64,000 bases of DNA from Azolla caroliniana (taxonomy: Eukaryota; Plantae; Polypodiophyta): positions 1 through 64,000 of the forward strand of contig JBHGNT010000083.1 in the NCBI GenBank assembly GCA_043228905.1. Direction: 5' to 3'. Positions 14,201 to 25,582 of the stretch are shown piece after piece. Every line of letters starts with the position of its first letter. Position 1 is the first letter of the stretch. The notes under the pieces were generated by a model that was not told the DNA's origin, ran no database searches, and worked only from the letters and a program-made list of their open reading frames with translations. The position numbers and the translations under genes were made by a program.

Positions 14201-14836
14201 CGATGTGAACGCGAATGCTTTGCCGTGTTGCTCCAACATCTCTCGAAACCGTTTTTCTTCTTCTTGTAAGAGGAACCCACCTCCACCGATCCGAAGTTTC
14301 TTCCGGGTCTCATCTGTGAAGGCATGTCCGATATCCACGGTCTTCCGAAGTGTCGGATCTCCCGAGACTTCTTTCCTCTTTTGTTCGCTATCGGCGGGTA
14401 GTGGTCCCGCGGCCGGTTTCACCTTCTTCTCCACGGTCTTGTATTTCGTACTTACCATTGCTTCTTCTTTGCGGAGCGCATCCGGCCCCATTTTCGCAAC
14501 GATCTCGTACATCTCGACCGATTCCACCGGGACTACCCGGTTCCCTTGGCTTTTATCTTCCGCAAGCTCTTCAAGCCGTTGTAGTGTATTCCCATAGAAC
14601 ACTTCCTCGATCACTCCCACGATTTCTTCGTCTTCTTTTATTATTGATGCCGACCGTAACTTATCCTCCACTTGTCGGTATTGTTTCTTCATTCCTCCGG
14701 TTACGGCCGTGTACGTAGATGCCCCATCCGGGCCGATTCGTACTTGTTTTGCTCCGAGAGGTTTCTTCCTGTGTGGGGTATCAGGGCTTCCCGGACTATC
14801 ACTTCCCCACTCCGCAACAGTCCGCTCTAAAAATCC
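11225..14836 (-). pseudogene. Gypsy B pol (RT-RNaseH-integrase), -1 frame relative to gag, one in-frame TAG at 13352-13354
   Basis: RT FLDD, RNaseH VTVDTS...ETDC, integrase HHCC and core (DRG, YNPEANGKIER), WFGPY. ORFs 14692 and 13312 share one frame separated by a single stop (probably TGG>TAG). Confidence 0.92.
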
Positions 14837-16866
14837 ATTCTCACTTGGGACAAGAGTTCCCTCTTGTTCCTTTCGTGATTTGCCGGCACCGTTAGGAATT
14901 GGACGGATTTCCCTCCGTTTTGGCTCCGAATTCGCGCAAAAGCCGCACCACTATCGAGCACCTTCGTCTCCATCCGTGAAGCCGTGATAAAGGGTTGGCG
15001 GAGGATGACAGAATGTGAAACCTCATCTTGCACAAAGAAATTTTGGTCAATTTCGACATCCCCGATCTTTACCGTCACATCCGGACAAGCCGCAAATAGG
15101 TCTTCTGTCGTTTTCGTGGTTGCCCGAATCTTCCATCCATGGTTGGTGTTTATAGGCCACTTCCCCTTTCGGTAGAACTCCTTGGACATCAAGTTGATCT
15201 CCGATCCGTGATCAATCAATGCTAGCACGGGTTCTCTGATGTTGCCGATTCGGACCGGAGTCTCCGTAGTCGCACGTGCCCAGTGTGGCCTTGTATAGTG
15301 GGAGTTCGGAATTTCGCCTTCCACTTCGGTGTCGTTCATTGAAACGGTATTTGCATTCACCCTTGGAGCATTTTCCTCCGTACTTTGTCTCTTCCTTTTC
15401 ACGAGATCCACGAGAAGATCGTGAAACTCCTTCTTCGCTATTCCGAGTAGTTCCCGCAGCGAAAAATCTACCCGGCTATCCAAGATTCTTTCCTCGAACA
15501 CTCTTTTCAAGTCGGTTTGTTGTTCTATGTCCGAGGCGAGCTTGAATGCCGGAGTCGCCTTTTCTTTTCCCTTACCTCCGGAGTTCCAGCTTTCCGGTAT
15601 CTTCGATGGTCCGGCCGCATCCTCCGTGCGTCGTCGTTTCTCGTCCACATACACCTCATGTAATTGACACAGGGCGTATATGCTATTCTTGTCGACAGGG
15701 CACTCCCATCCCGTAGCTTCCCGGACGCCTTCCGCGGTGTTTCGGATATCGTTGGAGTCGGTTTTCTCGGTGTTTCCTAGCACCTCCGGCCAGAAAGACG
15801 CCTTCGCTCCCGATGACTCCCCGACACATATTCCCGCGGTTGTCGCATAGTTGCTTCTTGCCGCTAACTCCTCCTCGAGCACCTTCTTCATGCCGCCTTT
15901 CCGGAAGTTCGGTCGGAGTGGTTTCCGAGAGTCCATCGAATGAATCCGGTTTCCCTCGTAGTAGATGAGATCCCGTCGTAGCGCCTCCTTATGGTCGTCG
16001 CAATCCCTCCGATCGTGTTCGGCGCTATCGCACCATATGCACCGTCGATCCGTATATTTGGAGCTTGTGGGGCGGTCATCCGACTTCTTCACCATCGCGA
16101 TCTTTAGATTCTCCATCTCCTTCAGCAGCTGCTCCATCGTAGACGCGTCGACTCCCTTCTCGGCCGTAATCTCCCGAGCCCTCGGTTGATGGTCTTCCAG
16201 TCCCGTTCTCGGTTTCGGAATCGGTTCCGAAACCCTCTTTTCTTCGTTGGCAAGCCATTGCCCCCTCTTCGTGTACCGCGCGACGATATCCCGTACGCTT
16301 TCCCATGTTTCGGTGAGGCCGCTTTCGGTGGTCGTGTCCTCAAGAAGCACTCCGAGATCTTTCCGGTCCCGGACGTCCACAGCTCGCAAAAACATGATGA
16401 CTTTGTCCGGTGCAAGAATAGTTTGATCTCTCGCGGACAACCTCTCGAACCGACTTTCGAATGTCGAAAACACTTCGAGAACCTTCAGCCCCTTACCTGA
16501 CGTTTCCACCCAATCCTCGAATCCCCTCCGCGTTGCCTTGGAGGAGTCCTCGATGGCAAACGTGGTCTTTAACGCCTCTTCGAATGCTTCCCACGTCGGA
16601 TTTTGTTGTTGCAACCCGTGGATACTCCCTTGAAGCCCGTCGGTCGCCACCCGGTTAAAGGATGTCACTTGCAGTCCTTCCGAAGCCCGGCACCGGAGCA
16701 TCTCCGCCTTGTAGTCCTGCAAATATCGCGACACATCCTTACCATTAAATTGCCCGTTGCGTTGCACGAGCCGCTCTACTGATGCCGAAATCTCCGACAT
16801 CGTGCGTTGTTCTTGAAGCATCCGTTCGAACATCGCCATCATATTGTTAGCTTGTTGAGCCTCCAT
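14827..16866 (-). CDS. Gypsy B gag-protease ORF
   Basis: First ATG after the PBS is at 16866. Zn knuckle CIWCDSAEHDRRDC; aspartic protease ALIDHGSEINLM. Confidence 0.85.
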   Translation of the reverse strand: MEAQQANNMMAMFERMLQEQRTMSEISASVERLVQRNGQFNGKDVSRYLQDYKAEMLRCRASEGLQVTSFNRVATDGLQGSIHGLQQQNPTWEAFEEALKTTFAIEDSSKATRRGFEDWVETSGKGLKVLEVFSTFESRFERLSARDQTILAPDKVIMFLRAVDVRDRKDLGVLLEDTTTESGLTETWESVRDIVARYTKRGQWLANEEKRVSEPIPKPRTGLEDHQPRAREITAEKGVDASTMEQLLKEMENLKIAMVKKSDDRPTSSKYTDRRCIWCDSAEHDRRDCDDHKEALRRDLIYYEGNRIHSMDSRKPLRPNFRKGGMKKVLEEELAARSNYATTAGICVGESSGAKASFWPEVLGNTEKTDSNDIRNTAEGVREATGWECPVDKNSIYALCQLHEVYVDEKRRRTEDAAGPSKIPESWNSGGKGKEKATPAFKLASDIEQQTDLKRVFEERILDSRVDFSLRELLGIAKKEFHDLLVDLVKRKRQSTEENAPRVNANTVSMNDTEVEGEIPNSHYTRPHWARATTETPVRIGNIREPVLALIDHGSEINLMSKEFYRKGKWPINTNHGWKIRATTKTTEDLFAACPDVTVKIGDVEIDQNFFVQDEVSHSVILRQPFITASRMETKVLDSGAAFARIRSQNGGKSVQFLTVPANHERNKRELLSQVRMDF

Positions 16867-18068
16867 CTCCTTGCCACCCGTCTTCACGTCGGGTTCACCA
16901 ACTGTGTCGTGCCTTTCGGCTCCGGATCGTTGCGTGAGTCGGGTGGGAACCACAGAGGTCTTGGACTAGGAGAAAGAAGTTCGTGAGATAGAGATTAATT
17001 ATGAGTAAATAGCAAAGAGAAAGATAAGAAACTCGTGAATCACACGAGTATACTATATTAATTGGTACTTAGGGTGTTAAGAGAGAAGTAGATGTATAAA
17101 TCGTGAATCCCACGAATAATTTTTGTATTGATTAATACTTAATCCTAATAATCAACAACCCTTTACATATTTCTCTCCTCCTTATATAAGGAAAGAAGAG
17201 CTAAGCATGGCTTCATGCTTTTTTTTTTTTTACAAAAAGTGTTCATGTGATGCTTTTTTATTTCCTAAGTATAGGGCTCATGCACGCTAGATGTGCATGA
17301 GTTATTTTTAGTGTCTCGTCTTTTCATATATTAAAAAATACACGATTTACCTTTTAATAAAGGTATGCATAAATAAAGGTCTTATGCGTATTAAATCTAT
17401 ATCTAAAGCACTTAAGATAAGTTAATGTAATGGTAAGGTTGGGGTTTGTCAACGTGGAGGTGCAGAGTTTGAATCACGCCCTGCGCAGTAATGAATATTT
17501 CCTTTCTTTTTACATTTATGTCTCTTTATCCGGCTCTTCCTTGCCGGTATGCCGTTTTCTTCCTTGCCGGTATGCCGTTTTTCCTCCTTGCCGGTATGCC
17601 GTTTTCCTCCTTGCCGGTATGCCGTTTTCTTCCGGTTCTCACCGAGCACTCCATTCTCTATCCGGAGGGACAAAAATATAATTTCCACATAGTGTGCAAC
17701 CTACACTACGACAACGGAACTCGGAGGCAACAACCTCGAGTTCTCCTTCGTCTGACAGACGACTACAGAGTTACACTCTCACTCACTCACTCACTCATGG
17801 TTACAGAGGCAACGACCTCATTATATCTTTACAATAATGATCAACTACTCATAGTTACTAAAGTTTTCCCTAGTTGCTTATAAACAAAATCAAGTTTCTG
17901 GCTATTTACAAGTATAGCCCACAAGGGCATTTTAGACTATTTACAGTTATAGTCTTCCTAAACAATTTCAATTTTGGTTTTCGATTTCGACTTTCAATTT
18001 CGGCCTCGGCCGAGATACTCACCAACACGGCACTTCTCTTCCCATCCGGAGGGACATGTTTCCCAACA

Positions 18069-19038
18069 AGGATGCAGGTCTGGTTCACACACCTCGAATG
18101 GTTTATCAAAGAAGAAGGTCAGATGATCACGCAAGGGCACCGGGAAGGGAGGATGTTCATCCTCGACACCAATGATGTCGGCACCGCAATGTTTGCCAAA
18201 GGACAAAAAGTCGATTCTGATATCGAGTTGTGGTATAAGCAGATCAGCCACGACAATTATCAAAGGCTTTAGGAGTTGCAAACGAAACAAGTTGTGTTCG
18301 GTTTGGTAAAATTCATTGGCCGGAAGGCCCAAACTTGTGAAGCCTACCAACTAGGGAAGCCACACCAACTTCCTTTCTTCAACTAGCGAAACCAGAGTCG
18401 CAACAAGCTCAACTTAATACATTCGGATGTATGGGGACCGACACAGAATGTGAGATTAGGCAGGCGTCGATACTTCGTCTCCTTCATCGACGACTATAGT
18501 CGCCACACGTGGATCTACCTGGTAGAATAGAAGAGTGACGTCTTTGACTATTTTCGGAACCTGAAGAGCTTAGTAGAAAGGGAAATGGAGAGGAAGATCA
18601 AGTGTTTGTGGTCACATGGCAGAATGGAATACTTTTCCGACTAGTTCAACTGTTATTTGCAACAAAATGGGAATTCAGTAGGAATTCAGTTGTAGATATA
18701 CACCAGATCAGAACGGTGTAGCCCAAAGGAAGAATCAATTGGTTGTGGAAGCGGTAAGGGAAATGCTATAGGAAAAGAGCATGCCGAAATTTTATTGGGC
18801 CGAAGCCATTTGGACGGCAATATATATCCAGAATCGGATTTCGACAACCGGAGAGAAGGTGTCAACTGATGAGTTGTATTTTAGGCACAAGACGAACTTG
18901 AAGCACCTAAGGGTATTCGGTAGCATCACATATGTGCATGTGCCGGATGAGACGTGGAAGAAAATAGATGCCAAGTCAGATAAATGTATCTTGGTCGGCT
19001 ATTCACATGCACAGAAGGGGTATAAGTGCTACAACTAT
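18069..19038 (+). pseudogene. Ty1/Copia G GAG-pre-integrase/integrase remnant
   Basis: IHSDVWGP, SFIDDYSR, FYWAEAIWTAIYIQNR, LRVFGSITYVHVP, GYKCY; many stops. Confidence 0.85.
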
Positions 19039-20344
19039 TGTGAATGTGGTCGTCTAGTGCGGAACAAGTCAACACTCTTCTGTTGTGAATGTCGGGAGTT
19101 GCCAGTTGAGGTCTTCACGGTGTAGAGTGGAAGAGTTGCTGATGGAGACAAAGTAGACGGAGGCAGCAGAATCGAAAACACCAAGCTTTGATACCAAATT
19201 TTGTGAACGTGGTCATCTAGTGCGGAACAAATCAACACTCTTCTAAAGAGAAGATCATAAACAGATACAATCAAGGTAGATTGATGGCAACAGAGACAGC
19301 GAACAATGAGTCTCTTAGAAGGCAAGACAGAGATGTTAGGCACAAGATGACCTATATTTGCAACAACTATTTGACTAGGTTGCAAAGTTAGTGTATATAC
19401 TGACTAACTTAGGGCAACTGCCCTTCTTATTATTTACATAAATAGCCTAAACCTAGTGTGTACAAAAGGAGACAATGTGAATACGTCCATTAGAGACCCG
19501 CATTCAACACTCTCCCGTAATGGGAGTATTCATTGAAAATTTGTAAATCGACATCAATACAAAGTTTTCGAACAAATCAAAATTCCGTTTGAGTCGATGA
19601 ACTTGGAAAAAAACAAAACTGAAAGCTGAACTGGCCCAGATTGGGAAAACTAAGACCAAGCTTTGAGTTGTCGAAGTCGATTGTTCAAAAAACGTCCTGA
19701 GTGTCTAACTAATAAGACTGATTCTTAGTTACACCCATCTAGTACCATAGGGATAAGAATCGATCCGCTGAAAGACACTAGGTCATGCCATCTGCGACAT
19801 TATCGGTTGTAGGTATCTTTTCGAGGCTGATTTTCCCTGAAATGACGCAATCTTGAACAAAGTGATATCGAACGTCGATGTGCTTTGAGGCGTTGTGCTG
19901 AACCGGATTTTTTGAGAGAGCAAGAACACCCTGACTATCATTGTAGAAAACTAGAGTTGAGTCGAATTCGACTTGTCAAAACATGTGCACTAGCCGACCA
20001 AGCCATAAAGCCTCTTTCGCCACATCGGACGCGGCTGCATATTCGGCCTCGATTGTCGATGTGGCAGTGCACTCCTGGAGTTTTGATTTCCAAGAGATCG
20101 CTCCATTGCCAAATTTGAAGCAATATCCAATTGTTGATTTTTCACTGTCCACACAGCCAGCAAAGTCCGAGTCGGTATAGCCGACTACGCCTCAGGTGTC
20201 GTTCAGGCCGAATAGAATGCCAAGGTCTTTTGTGCCCACCAGATATCTGAACACATGCTTTACTGCATTCCACTGCGATCGGCTAGGGTTGTGCATGAAT
20301 TTGCTGACGACTCCTATGGCGTGAGCAATGGCAAGTCGTGTCGT
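19039..20344 (-). mobile_element. Ty1/Copia F 3' remnant: RT/RNaseH (20344-~19760), PPT, LTR 19202-19509, PBS-Met 19181-19196, partial second LTR end 19039-19081
   Basis: RNaseH-like GYTDSDFAGC and KHIDVRYHF on the minus strand. PBS tggtatcaaagcttgg. 43-bp duplicate of the LTR terminus. Confidence 0.75.
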
Positions 20345-22565
20345 TGTTACCGATTAGGAACACTGTCTACGGTTAGTCCTTCAACGTAGACTTCAAGGTG
20401 ACTATGTCGCAAGGAATGGTATTGTCGCACCGTAATACATAATGGGATACTCCCACGTATCCTATTAGCGTATAAGGGAGAAGGCAACAACCGAGCTCCT
20501 TGGGAAGTGCATTAGTATCCGCACTTACGCCTACACCCTTACGATTAACAATACGCAACAGAGAACAAAGACACAGTAGATAAGAAAACCACAGATATGC
20601 ACAGAACTCTGAGAAGATAGTACTCTATTATGAAAGCGCTCTGTGCACCAAAATTACACGCTCCCTCTTACAAAGGATTTCTGCCCTTTATATAAATAGG
20701 GTCTTTTAGCCGTTCACGCTTCCCGCGTGAACCATTACATGCGTTTCTTAAGCTTTTACTATATTATAATATTTATGCGCTTCTGTCCATCGGTTACTAT
20801 TCCAGCGAACAACACCTGGTAGTCTTCGTCCTCCGACTCTTCATCCTCGGAATCGTTGTTATTCCAGCGATTCCGGTAGTGCCGGTCATCGCGTGAATTC
20901 CGATCTGTATACCGGGGTCGTTCTTCTTGGCGCCTTTGATCATTACGGCGAGGTGGTCGTTGTGTTTCTACGCTTTGTACTGTGAGCATGGGTCTGTTCA
21001 ACATATTGTACTCACACTGCTCGACCGTGTGTGCTTTCGAGTGACAAATTGGGCAGTGGATTCGCATGTTGCATTCCACTACGGAATGCCCAGAATTGAG
21101 GCAAATCATGCACTGGATTGCCTGGCGAAAATGTCGTTCCTCATCTTGAGGTAACGCTTGTCGTAATGAGGACATGGAAAACCTTTCCTCTTCTTTGTCC
21201 AACTCGAGATGTAACGCTCGTTCTATGACCATATCAGTTGTTTCTCCTTTCACGCTATTGTTGTTGAGCGTCGTCCACATCGGTCGCCGTAAGGCTGCCA
21301 GAAATGTCTCCCGAGCCTCGTCCTTTATAGGGCCCCGTTCTAATTTCCACCGCAAATTTTGGAAGCGTAAACTAAAGTCTGCGATAGTCTCGGCTGGCAA
21401 CTGTTTGATTGTATAGAACTGCCCGAGGATTTCGCGTTGCGGTACCCTCCGACGAAAGAAAGGCAGAAAGGCCGACCGTAGTTGGTCGTAGGTTGTAATT
21501 GTTGGTAGATCCATCTACAAATGCCAAAACACAGCTCTACCATCCAGAGTTAATCCAAACTCTGTCATTTTGGACTGGTGCGCTACCTCTTCTGGAAGTC
21601 TCTACACCATGTGATTCGCATTCCAAACATTCAGGAACAGGCAAATGTGGGTTGCGGCGTCTGTTTCGCCGTTGAAACGGGGATACGAGAAGGCCATGCC
21701 AGATGCTACAACGGGTAGGGGAAGACCACAGTAGTTGTGTGGTGACGGAACTTCCTACATGTTGCCGCGATGTTTGGTGAGTGGGAAGTCGACTTTGTGG
21801 TCCCAACCAATATCATTGAGGCGAGGTTTTTCCCTTGCACGGTTCCTTGCCTAGCGTGTGATGGACCTTGTGATTGGTCGGTCTTGTCGTGTCAGTTCTC
21901 TAGGTCGTCTACGGCTAAACATCCATTCGTCGTTGTTCGTCTATGAAAAGACACAGATCACCAAGCGTGCCAAACGTGTTACCAATTAAGAACACTGTCT
22001 ACGGTCAGTCCTTCGACGTAGACTTCAAGGTGACTATGTTGCAAGGAATGGTACCGTCGCACCGTAATACGTTGTCGCGTTCTTACGCGCGTGCTGTTAT
22101 TCACTGACCGGACAAGGCCTAACACAAGGTGTCACGGAGACACTTCACCAAAGGGTGATTACGGCATAGGATTAAGATTCAACGATTACAACGACTTCCA
22201 TAGGTTACACGATTAGAGTGCTTTAGTTAATTACACGCGTAAGATATAACAGTAATTACAGAACGGAAATCAAGACAGAAGTATAAACATCATAAGCTCT
22301 ATTAATTATCCGCTGTGATTACAATGGGGTCCGGGCCTTTAAATAAGTTTCCGGCCCTTAGTACAAAACGGTGCCTCTCGCACCTATTCGGGATCCGTCC
22401 GGATCTGGAACGGCATACCGTTTCCAGTCCGTCCGTCCACACTATGCTTATTACAACCATACTTAATTAATTCCTTCACTCCGTATTTTTGGACTCCTTG
22501 CCGGCCGGTAACACATGGCACGCCCGTGGGACAGTACCTTGTACGTCGAACCCTTCTTGGCCCCT

Positions 22566-25421
22566 TCATTGTTCACCCAAATTGTCCAAATTACTTTGTT
22601 CCAGAATTTCCACTTGTTCTTCCGGTTGTGGTTGCTGCGGCTGTGCTTGCTGCTGCTGCTGTGGTTGCGGTTGGGACTGAGGCTGCTCCGGCTGCTCTGC
22701 TTGCTGCTGCTGCTCCGTTTGTTTCTCTGACTCCGGCTGCTCCGTTTGTCTCTCTGACTCCGGCATCTCCGTTTGACTGCTTCCGGTCCGGTCTCCTTCC
22801 AGTAACGGTTCCTCATCACTGAGGTTGACCGTAACCGGTTCTCGTGCTTTCTCTTCCCGGATCCGGGACCTCTCGTAGCTTTCAAACTGGATCTGCGCCT
22901 CCAGCCTGTCGTCGTCCAGCTGAGCTACAAGTTGCCGGACTTGCCCTAGCTGGTCGTCTGCCAAGGCCTGAAAGTCCTCGGCCAGCTCATCTCTTATGCC
23001 GGTGAAGTCTTCGGAAGTCAGCATATAGCAATCATCTCCCTCCTTCCGCCGGTTCTCTACGTCGGCCCGGAGCAATTGGAGTTCCGCCGCGTTCGTGGCC
23101 CACTTGGTCCACCATTTGACGGAACCGTTGTCAATCAAGCTCTTGGTCTGGTTCAACCAGGCCCGCATGATGTCCTGGATGCGACTTGCTCCCATTTGTG
23201 CTCTGCTTTCCACAACTTGTCGCTCCTCCTTCAACTGCTTGATGAGATTAGCCGTATCCTCCGCCTGCTCTCTGTAGCGCGTCAGCTGCCCTTGATATGT
23301 CGTTTGCAGCCTCTGCAGTACCTCCGCCGCTCTTTCTTTTTCCGCCTGCTGTTGCCTGAGGAGCTCTGTCCGAACCTTCTCCGCCTCTTCCAACCGTCTT
23401 CTGGTTTCCGCTTGTTCCTTGGCGAATGCGGTTGCGGTCCGATCAACTGCTTGTCGGAGCTCATCTGTTCGTTCCTTGTGCTCCGTTTGCAACCGTTTAT
23501 ACTCCCGGTGCAAGTGCTCAAATTCCTCCGTTTTTTGTTTGAGCTTGCCGTTGATCTGGCGCTGGTTTCGGTCCTCCCGGTCCTTTACCTGCCGGAGTTC
23601 CTCTTTCAGGCGCTCTACTTCTGTTTCGGCATTCCTCCGGAGCCTGTCCTTCTCTTGCATCATTTTCTCCTTCTCCTCCTTGAGCCGGTCGTACGCTTGG
23701 TGGCCTTTCCGTAAGCTCTCCTCGGCCCGGTGTAGATTCTCAGCAGTCTTTTTGAGTTCTGCCTCCGCTGCCGTCTTCAACTCTCTTTCGCGGCTCCTCA
23801 GCGCTTCTTGGGCAGCTAGCTCATCCTTTAGATCCGCAAGCTCTTGGGCTTGTGCCGCATTTCTCTCCGGAACGGTTTCCGTTGCCGGGGTCTGATTGCT
23901 ATGTACAGGTTGATCTGACGCTTTATTCTGTACATTGCCCGGAGTCACCGGTGCTTGGACTTGTGTTGTCAACGCGAATTGAGCCATTTCCCTTGTGACC
24001 CTGTCCAAGTCTTGTTCAAGGCTCCGGATTCTGGACCGGGCCGTCTCCAGATCTACGGTTGTGACGAGCAACCGTTCGTGGTGCGCTCTCTCCTCCGCCT
24101 CCATGTACTCGACCACTCCGGCGATTTGCTCGCCAACCCACCGTAGCCACATGCTACTGGTGCCTTGCTGCTGTACTGGTCCTACTCCTTGGCCGCCGTG
24201 TGTGCTGGCTGGGCTCGCCGGCTGTTGAGTCCCGGTTCTCGCCGTCTCCGGAGCCGTTGGAATGACTTCTTCTATAGAAGTCGACAAGGCCGGTTCCATA
24301 CGCACCGGTTCCGGTTCCTCCCTTGTGGTTTGCTCAGGTTGAGTGGGGGGCGTTTCTTCCTCTTGCAGGTACGAACGCTCCCCCGCTGTCCCGGCGGTCC
24401 TACTTCTTGACCGTCGCTGGAGGTGCTCTTTTGGCTCCTCCGTTTCCTCTTCCTGGGTAACGGCCTGTTTCTGTGCCGTCAAGGGTTCCGGTTCCTTCTG
24501 TCCTGGTCGCCGTATGGTTATCTTAACGGGTCGGACCGGTGACACCTCCTCCGGTTCTGTGAGCCGTTTCTTCCCTTTCGTCGCCTTCGACGCCAGCAGC
24601 TGCTGTCGTTTGGACGCCGGCTTCGAGGTGCTTCCTTCCGATACTCTTGGCCGCTTCTTTGGCTGGACGGTCTCGACCGGCGGCACGAGCAATGTTATCC
24701 ACTGAGCTACGGCATGCCACAGCTTCCGACCCTCCTTGGCGTCCTTTCCTCGTACCATGTCGATTGCCACGCACAACCCGTCTGCAATCAACACCGGCCA
24801 ATCCACCTTGGTCCCTTCATAGGTGGCTATGATCATCCCTGCCCGATTTTTTGGCATGACAGGGGGTCGGGGGTACACGTGGCCGTACTCATGGAGCACT
24901 CGAGCTATCTCCCGGAATAGCGGATCTTCGCCGCCCTGCGTTCGATAGCCTTTGCCGGCAACAGAGTACTCACCGAAATATCGGATGAGTTGCTCCGAGG
25001 TTGGGTTATCGATCTGAAAGATACCTCCCTCCGGAAGGCCTGTTAGCGCACGGATCGCTTCCTCGGTGATGACTTCTGTGTCGAGCTCCTTGATGACCCA
25101 GTCGGCTTCTCTGTGCGGCAGTGCCTCCATGATGGCCAAGAACCCCTCCAGTCCGTGTAGCCTGAACCATTTCCTGGCCGCTTTCGACAGCGTTTGTGGT
25201 TCCATGTCTGCTTCGAGGTCGAGGAAAGATGGCGAGGTAGAGTGGTGATGAGAGTGAGAGCGAGAGAGAGAGCGTTCCGAACGTGGGGGTTCTCTGCGTG
25301 CAGGTTCGCGTTTGCTCAGCTTCCACTGCCTTGGTGCTTCTGTGCTTCTTGGCTCGCGAAATGAAAAGGTCTCCATGCGTTCTGCTTCTTCTTTGTGCGT
25401 TTTGGCGCCTTTTTCGAGCAT
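22566..25421 (-). CDS. Element E extra 3' ORF (~950 aa): putative plant-mobile-domain-like N-terminus, long coiled coil, Q/E/P-rich tail
   Basis: Uninterrupted ORF between pol and the 3' LTR. Motifs ITEEAIRALTGLPEGG and KVDW; long E/R/K/Q-rich helical region; no obvious transmembrane segment. Confidence 0.8.
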   Translation of the reverse strand: MLEKGAKTHKEEAERMETFSFREPRSTEAPRQWKLSKREPARREPPRSERSLSRSHSHHHSTSPSFLDLEADMEPQTLSKAARKWFRLHGLEGFLAIMEALPHREADWVIKELDTEVITEEAIRALTGLPEGGIFQIDNPTSEQLIRYFGEYSVAGKGYRTQGGEDPLFREIARVLHEYGHVYPRPPVMPKNRAGMIIATYEGTKVDWPVLIADGLCVAIDMVRGKDAKEGRKLWHAVAQWITLLVPPVETVQPKKRPRVSEGSTSKPASKRQQLLASKATKGKKRLTEPEEVSPVRPVKITIRRPGQKEPEPLTAQKQAVTQEEETEEPKEHLQRRSRSRTAGTAGERSYLQEEETPPTQPEQTTREEPEPVRMEPALSTSIEEVIPTAPETARTGTQQPASPASTHGGQGVGPVQQQGTSSMWLRWVGEQIAGVVEYMEAEERAHHERLLVTTVDLETARSRIRSLEQDLDRVTREMAQFALTTQVQAPVTPGNVQNKASDQPVHSNQTPATETVPERNAAQAQELADLKDELAAQEALRSRERELKTAAEAELKKTAENLHRAEESLRKGHQAYDRLKEEKEKMMQEKDRLRRNAETEVERLKEELRQVKDREDRNQRQINGKLKQKTEEFEHLHREYKRLQTEHKERTDELRQAVDRTATAFAKEQAETRRRLEEAEKVRTELLRQQQAEKERAAEVLQRLQTTYQGQLTRYREQAEDTANLIKQLKEERQVVESRAQMGASRIQDIMRAWLNQTKSLIDNGSVKWWTKWATNAAELQLLRADVENRRKEGDDCYMLTSEDFTGIRDELAEDFQALADDQLGQVRQLVAQLDDDRLEAQIQFESYERSRIREEKAREPVTVNLSDEEPLLEGDRTGSSQTEMPESERQTEQPESEKQTEQQQQAEQPEQPQSQPQPQQQQQAQPQQPQPEEQVEILEQSNLDNLGEQ

Positions 25422-25582
25422 GCACACGTCGTGTACCAATTTAGTATTAAGTAGCGTGGCGGCTCTTAAATGCCCACTTCCTTGCTTTCACGTCCGTTCA
25501 TACCTCGATTTTTAATGATTTTTTTTATTTATTTATTTATTTTTTATTTTTTATTTTTTTTTATAAATGACGGTATGTGATC

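Larger units (their letters stand above)
10429..17713 (-). mobile_element. Full-length young Ty3/Gypsy element B: LTRs 10429-11237 and 16905-17713 (809 bp), 4-bp TSD ACGG, PBS tRNA-Trp 16883-16900
   Basis: TG...CA LTRs differ by about 1 substitution and 2 homopolymer indels. TSD at 10425-10428 and 17714-17717. PBS matches the 3' end of plant tRNA-Trp (TTCACGTCGGGTTCACCA). PPT-like tract next to 11238. Confidence 0.97.
9065..17964 (-). mobile_element. Ty1/Copia element A, 5' half: LTR (10231-10428 + 17718-17964, split by Gypsy B), PBS tRNA-iMet (10216-10227), gag-PR pseudogene (10214-9065)
   Basis: LTR termini tgttagga...tcctaaaca. PBS tggtattagagc. Gag KLTGSNYSVWK, CCHC knuckle CFYCGKPGHFQKNC, PR WVVYSGTSFH, LKDVRHVPEV. 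In-frame stops present. Confidence 0.85.
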
